Assembly: GCF_006345805.1 (NCBI RefSeq) | Contig: NC_042997.1 | Coordinates: 107,198,001 to 107,262,000, forward strand | Source: Octopus sinensis | Lineage: Eukaryota | Reading direction: 5' to 3' | DNA: 64,000 bases | Part shown: in pieces, positions 62,101 to 64,000 of the stretch | Layout of the letters: every line of letters starts with the position of its first letter | Position numbering within the stretch: position 1 is the stretch's first letter | Made by a program: the position numbers and the translations under genes | The notes under the pieces: generated by a model | Seen by the model: the letters and a program-made list of their open reading frames with translations, nothing else | Database searches by the model: none | What the model was told of the DNA's origin: nothing

Positions 62101-63669
62101 ACTTCATATAATATTTCAATAGCTTTCTAGTAGAATGGTTTAAGTTTAAATGCAAGATGATTTAATGATGCTAAAGTTAAAGGCAACTCCATTGTAAAAT
62201 ATACCAATGTAAGAAAATCCAAGGATGGGCATATATATATATATATATATATCATGCTTTAAAACAAAATTATGAATATCTAAAGTAAATATTTTAAATA
62301 TTCTATAAATTGAAGTATGCTTACCACAAAACTGATAAATCTAATATTTTAATCAATGTGTCCCCTATAATAACATAAAACTTTTGAGTTCATTTTGCCA
62401 GCCACATCTATATTGTCTCTAGTTTTCTTGAATTTATATGTTTATATATTTTTATTTTTGTCATTACTATGGTAAATTACATTCATGACATCATTTCAAA
62501 TATTAACCATCTAACATTATGATTTCCTTCTTATCTATATGCAGTCTAAAAAGATCTAAAGTATAAATTAACTTTTGTAGGTAAGGAAGACATTTTTTAC
62601 TATAGCTTTCTGTGATCTGTGCAGAAAGTTGTTGTTCCATGGTTGTTATCGCTGTGCAACTTGTGGCCTCCGCGTGCATCAACGTTGTATACACCGGGCT
62701 TACAGCTACTGCGATGGTGGTGATGATTACCATTCACATTATGGTAGTCCAAATAGAATTTCAGAACCAATGTACAATCAGTAAGTAAACACTATTTTAT
62801 TTACCATTGGAATTTGTATCTTGTGGGAGAGTATATTGCTTTTCATGGATTATCACATTTTATGTGTTTTTTATATTTGTTACTGACCTAAATTTTAAAA
62901 ACCTCTTAATATTAAGTTACATTTTATTTTTAATTAAAGACCAATTTAATTCTAATTCTAAAGAAATAATTACAATTTAATCCTTTAGTTGATATGAAAC
63001 TAAACAATTGAGAGGTTGACATTTGATTCCTTGTCTGTGGTTAAGATATTTAATTGTAAAATAACCCAGAGTAAAGGGCAAAAGCAACAAGAAATGTGAG
63101 ATAAGTAGTTGGAGGAGAATACTGTAAAGGCAAGGAGCAGAAGATAAAAGCAACGAAATTGTCCTGGGAAGGTGGGCAAGAAGAGAGAACATTGAAGGGG
63201 AGAGGCAGAGGAGCAGCATCCTAGCCATCAACACTCTTCTCATTAGCTTTCTTTCTGCCATGCTTGCCTAAGGGAGCAGGTTTTCTCCATTACAGCATAT
63301 CCTCAGTTGCTGCAGTCACTTGTCATCTCTTTTATGTGATTCATCATCTTCAGATCGGGTTTTGCCTCTTCTCTCATGTCTTTCTAGGTCTTCCTCTTCC
63401 ACAGGCACCATCCACTTTGCTCTGATGGAGAGACCCTTCAGAGAAATATCTTTTTGTTTGTTAAAAATTTGGCCTTTAGTGAGCCACATAATTTTATTGT
63501 TTCTAGACCATTTCCAGATGTATCTCATACACTACCTACATACGTTTCCAGTCCGTTCAATCAGTTCCAGACATTGCCAAATCAACGTAACACTCGTAAG
63601 CGTCCTCCTCCAATATGCCAGAGAGAGCGTTCAACATCAGCTCCAAATGTCTGCTGTAATCTAGTCAAT
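29373..63669 (+). CDS. Raf: Raf-family (B-Raf-like) Ser/Thr kinase, 5' part; join(29373-29393 tentative, 30776-30877, 43975-44205, 50604-50713, 58700-58808, 62581-62780, 63507-63669), about 312 aa in window; kinase domain is downstream of the window
   Basis: All introns are GT-AG and the splice phases match (0,0,0,2,0,2,0). The joined protein shows, in order, the BRS-like helix ([45 protein letters not shown]), RBD ([36 protein letters not shown]), C1 ([26 protein letters not shown]) and CR2 [10 protein letters not shown]. This is the domain order of B-Raf/C-Raf. Confidence 0.95.
30461..30521. repeat. (AT)n microsatellite, representative of many (AT)n/(CA)n/(CT)n runs
   Basis: Visible directly; other examples at 5640-5684, 10022-10054, 12355-12385, 40425-40470, 46844-46912 and 47155-47190. 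Confidence 0.95.
30776..30877 (+). CDS. Raf: Raf exon: N-terminal BRS-like helix [34 protein letters not shown]
   Basis: Poly-T tract + TAG acceptor, CAG|GTTTGT donor, 102 nt open; resembles B-Raf [31 protein letters not shown]. Confidence 0.9.
31225..32240 (-). mobile_element. Tc1/mariner maT (DD37D)-like transposon relic
   Basis: [16 protein letters not shown](W)[34 protein letters not shown] after repairing a 1-nt deletion (38 residues between the Asps in this copy); terminus TA-CAGGGTGCATC at 31223; the other terminus was not found. Confidence 0.8.
32590..33660 (+). mobile_element. RTE LINE fragment
   Basis: Post-RT region ([12 protein letters not shown]..., [15 protein letters not shown]) and start of the 3' UTR. 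Confidence 0.88.
35330..37750 (+). mobile_element. CR1/L2-group (Crack-like) LINE, 5'-truncated, decayed ORF2 with 3' end
   Basis: LLSDHDMV (APE end), [67 protein letters not shown]. Confidence 0.92.
38270..39010 (-). mobile_element. hAT Buster/Charlie-type transposase relic
   Basis: [22 protein letters not shown] (BED-like finger), [40 protein letters not shown] and [10 protein letters not shown]. Confidence 0.88.
40050..40400 (+). mobile_element. Full tRNA-derived SINE with CR1/L2-like tail
   Basis: tRNA-like head, (TG)n spacer, body, and tail GGCAGTGTTCCAGCATGGCTGCAGTCAAATGACTGAGATAAGTAAAAGA. Confidence 0.8.
40480..40805 (+). mobile_element. RTE 3' UTR fragment with repeat units and tail (similar tails at 39870-40022 +, 45990-46230 +, 46915-47070 -, 49875-50030 -, 57170-57470 -, 58360-58550 +, 59862-59970 -)
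   Basis: Shared AAAAAGCACCC..TTAGGAAGGGCATCCAGC..CCAACCCATGC..TTAAACGATGATGATG consensus. Confidence 0.9.
42575..42960 (+). mobile_element. tRNA-derived SINE with RTE-like tail (body and tail also at about 28090-28310)
   Basis: Same head as 40050, a different body (GTCATACAAGC..GGGAAATATTAC), then AGGAATGGCATCCAGCC..GTGGATGTGAAATGTTGGTGATGGTGG. Confidence 0.7.
43975..44205 (+). CDS. Raf: Raf exon: end of BRS helix, acidic/Ser-Pro linker, start of RBD (EYEQLTNK...[12 protein letters not shown])
   Basis: TAG acceptor, CGG|GTAAGT donor, 231 nt open; [20 protein letters not shown] resembles B-Raf YEEYTSKLDALQQREQQLL, and IKVLLPNAQ resembles VRVFLPNKQ. Confidence 0.95.
44471..45252. mobile_element. 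782-bp long-TIR MITE, Merlin-like (GG termini, 8-bp TSD)
   Basis: TIRs about 270 bp (44471-44741 / 44978-45252) beginning GGATCTTTTCCTTTTGAA; TSD TTTATTTG at 44463-44470 and 45253-45260. The superfamily is inferred, not proven. Confidence 0.88.
46635..46845 (+). mobile_element. Mariner-derived MITE (about 210 bp)
   Basis: TIRs GCTGAAAAGTTCCTGGCTTT / AAAGCCAGAAACTTTTCAGC; the interior retains an LRGEYVE*-like transposase terminus. Confidence 0.75.
47205..48210 (+). mobile_element. 5'-truncated RTE LINE with tail
   Basis: [15 protein letters not shown]...HWYGHVL, 3' UTR, (GAT)n tail. Confidence 0.92.
48595..49480 (-). mobile_element. 5'-truncated RTE LINE
   Basis: [17 protein letters not shown], 3' UTR and tail. 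Confidence 0.9.
50604..50713 (+). CDS. Raf: Raf exon: RBD core [36 protein letters not shown]
   Basis: TTACAG acceptor, CAG|GTTAGA donor (phase 2); aligns to B-Raf [25 protein letters not shown]. Confidence 0.93.
50892..51200 (-). mobile_element. 3' end of a second RTE-type family with (GAT)n tail
   Basis: Minus strand encodes [41 protein letters not shown]. Confidence 0.75.
52090..54070 (+). mobile_element. Old RTE LINE split by a HINE-like insertion
   Basis: The RT sequence ..TTATCCAT (52350) resumes as TAGTCCTCCAGG (53171), matching the continuous TTTATCATAGTCCTCCAGG of the copy at about 1965. Confidence 0.85.
52351..53170 (+). mobile_element. HINE-like non-autonomous Helentron/Helitron element (820 bp)
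   Basis: 5' CACTAGCAGTACTGCCCAGC plus short inverted repeat CGTGC/GCACG; 3' (ACAC/ACAG)n then TATATATAGAT; no long TSD. Confidence 0.65.
55990..56990 (+). mobile_element. Rearranged RTE fragments (RT segment present twice)
   Basis: The IIVL.AIT.E.KT..ELL.A.DL block occurs at about 56150-56330 and again at 56400-56600. Confidence 0.8.
58700..58808 (+). CDS. Raf: Raf exon: RBD end, linker, C1 start (R)[36 protein letters not shown]
   Basis: TTTCTTCAG acceptor, TAT|GTAAGT donor; aligns to B-Raf [21 protein letters not shown]..THNF. Confidence 0.95.
62581..62780 (+). CDS. Raf: Raf exon: C1 zinc-binding domain [44 protein letters not shown]...
   Basis: TTTTGTAG acceptor, CA|GTAAGT donor (phase 2); aligns to B-Raf [35 protein letters not shown]. 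Confidence 0.97.
63507..63669 (+). CDS. Raf: Raf exon: CR2 region with 14-3-3 site [10 protein letters not shown]
   Basis: TTTCTAG acceptor (phase 2, in frame), AAT|GTAAGT donor; RSTSAP at 63628-63645 matches C-Raf RSTSTP (S259) and B-Raf RSSSAP (S365). Confidence 0.93.
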
Positions 63670-63769
63670 GTAAGTAATAGCTTCTACCTTTCATTACTTA
63701 ATGTTGACTTTGAGTAAAAATTTTATATATGTATATCACCATTATGATATATATATACACATACATATA

Positions 63770-64000
63770 TTGGTTCATCGCATACATAATGCGGTTTTCT
63801 TATACTTTTATTTTTCAAAATTAAGGTAAACAAAGTTCTTTTTTAATCTAAAATATACTCTCCTTCATTTGTGTGGTAGACTTGCAAGGTTCCTCTTCCA
63901 AAATTCACTTGTCCATGACGAAAAATACTCCTCCAGTACTGTTCTGACCTCACCTACAGAATTTATATGTGTTCCGTCCAAATGATTTTGAAGATTATGG
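63770..64000 (-). mobile_element. Mariner transposase C-terminal fragment running off the window end
   Basis: Minus strand LQNHLDGTHINSVGEVRTVLEEYF..EFWKRNLASLP. Confidence 0.65.

Noticed and set aside
43975-63669. KSR or PKC instead of Raf
   Set aside because: An RBD precedes the C1 domain, and the BRS-like helix and CR2 RSTSAP motif are present, which is Raf architecture.

Overview
AT-rich, repeat-dense animal genomic DNA. The repeat families (RTE LINEs with (GAT)n tails, tRNA-derived SINEs, Penelope remnants) match what I recall from octopus genomes; the species cannot be fixed from sequence alone. One host gene is well supported: the 5' half of a Raf (B-Raf-like) kinase on the + strand. 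It has six firm coding exons (30776-30877, 43975-44205, 50604-50713, 58700-58808, 62581-62780, 63507-63669) that splice in frame through the N-terminal BRS-like helix, Ras-binding domain, C1 domain and the CR2 14-3-3 site. A probable first coding exon lies at 29373-29393 in a CpG-richer promoter-like zone, and the kinase domain lies beyond the window. Nearly all other ORFs in the track are decayed transposon pieces or antisense/low-complexity artefacts. The transposons include RTE and CR1/L2-group LINEs, mariner, maT-like, hAT-Buster, Merlin, Helitron/HINE, MITEs, a solo LTR and SINEs. The most interesting items are: Penelope-type minimal hammerhead ribozyme remnants (one pair in a palindrome with complementary defects), an Arg-to-Phe change at a conserved Ras-contact position of the Raf RBD, a Merlin-like long-TIR MITE just downstream of a Raf exon plus a Merlin transposase relic, a 66-bp variable-copy array in RTE 3' UTRs, and SINEs sharing one head but carrying two different LINE-type tails. 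I found no clearly new multi-gene system.
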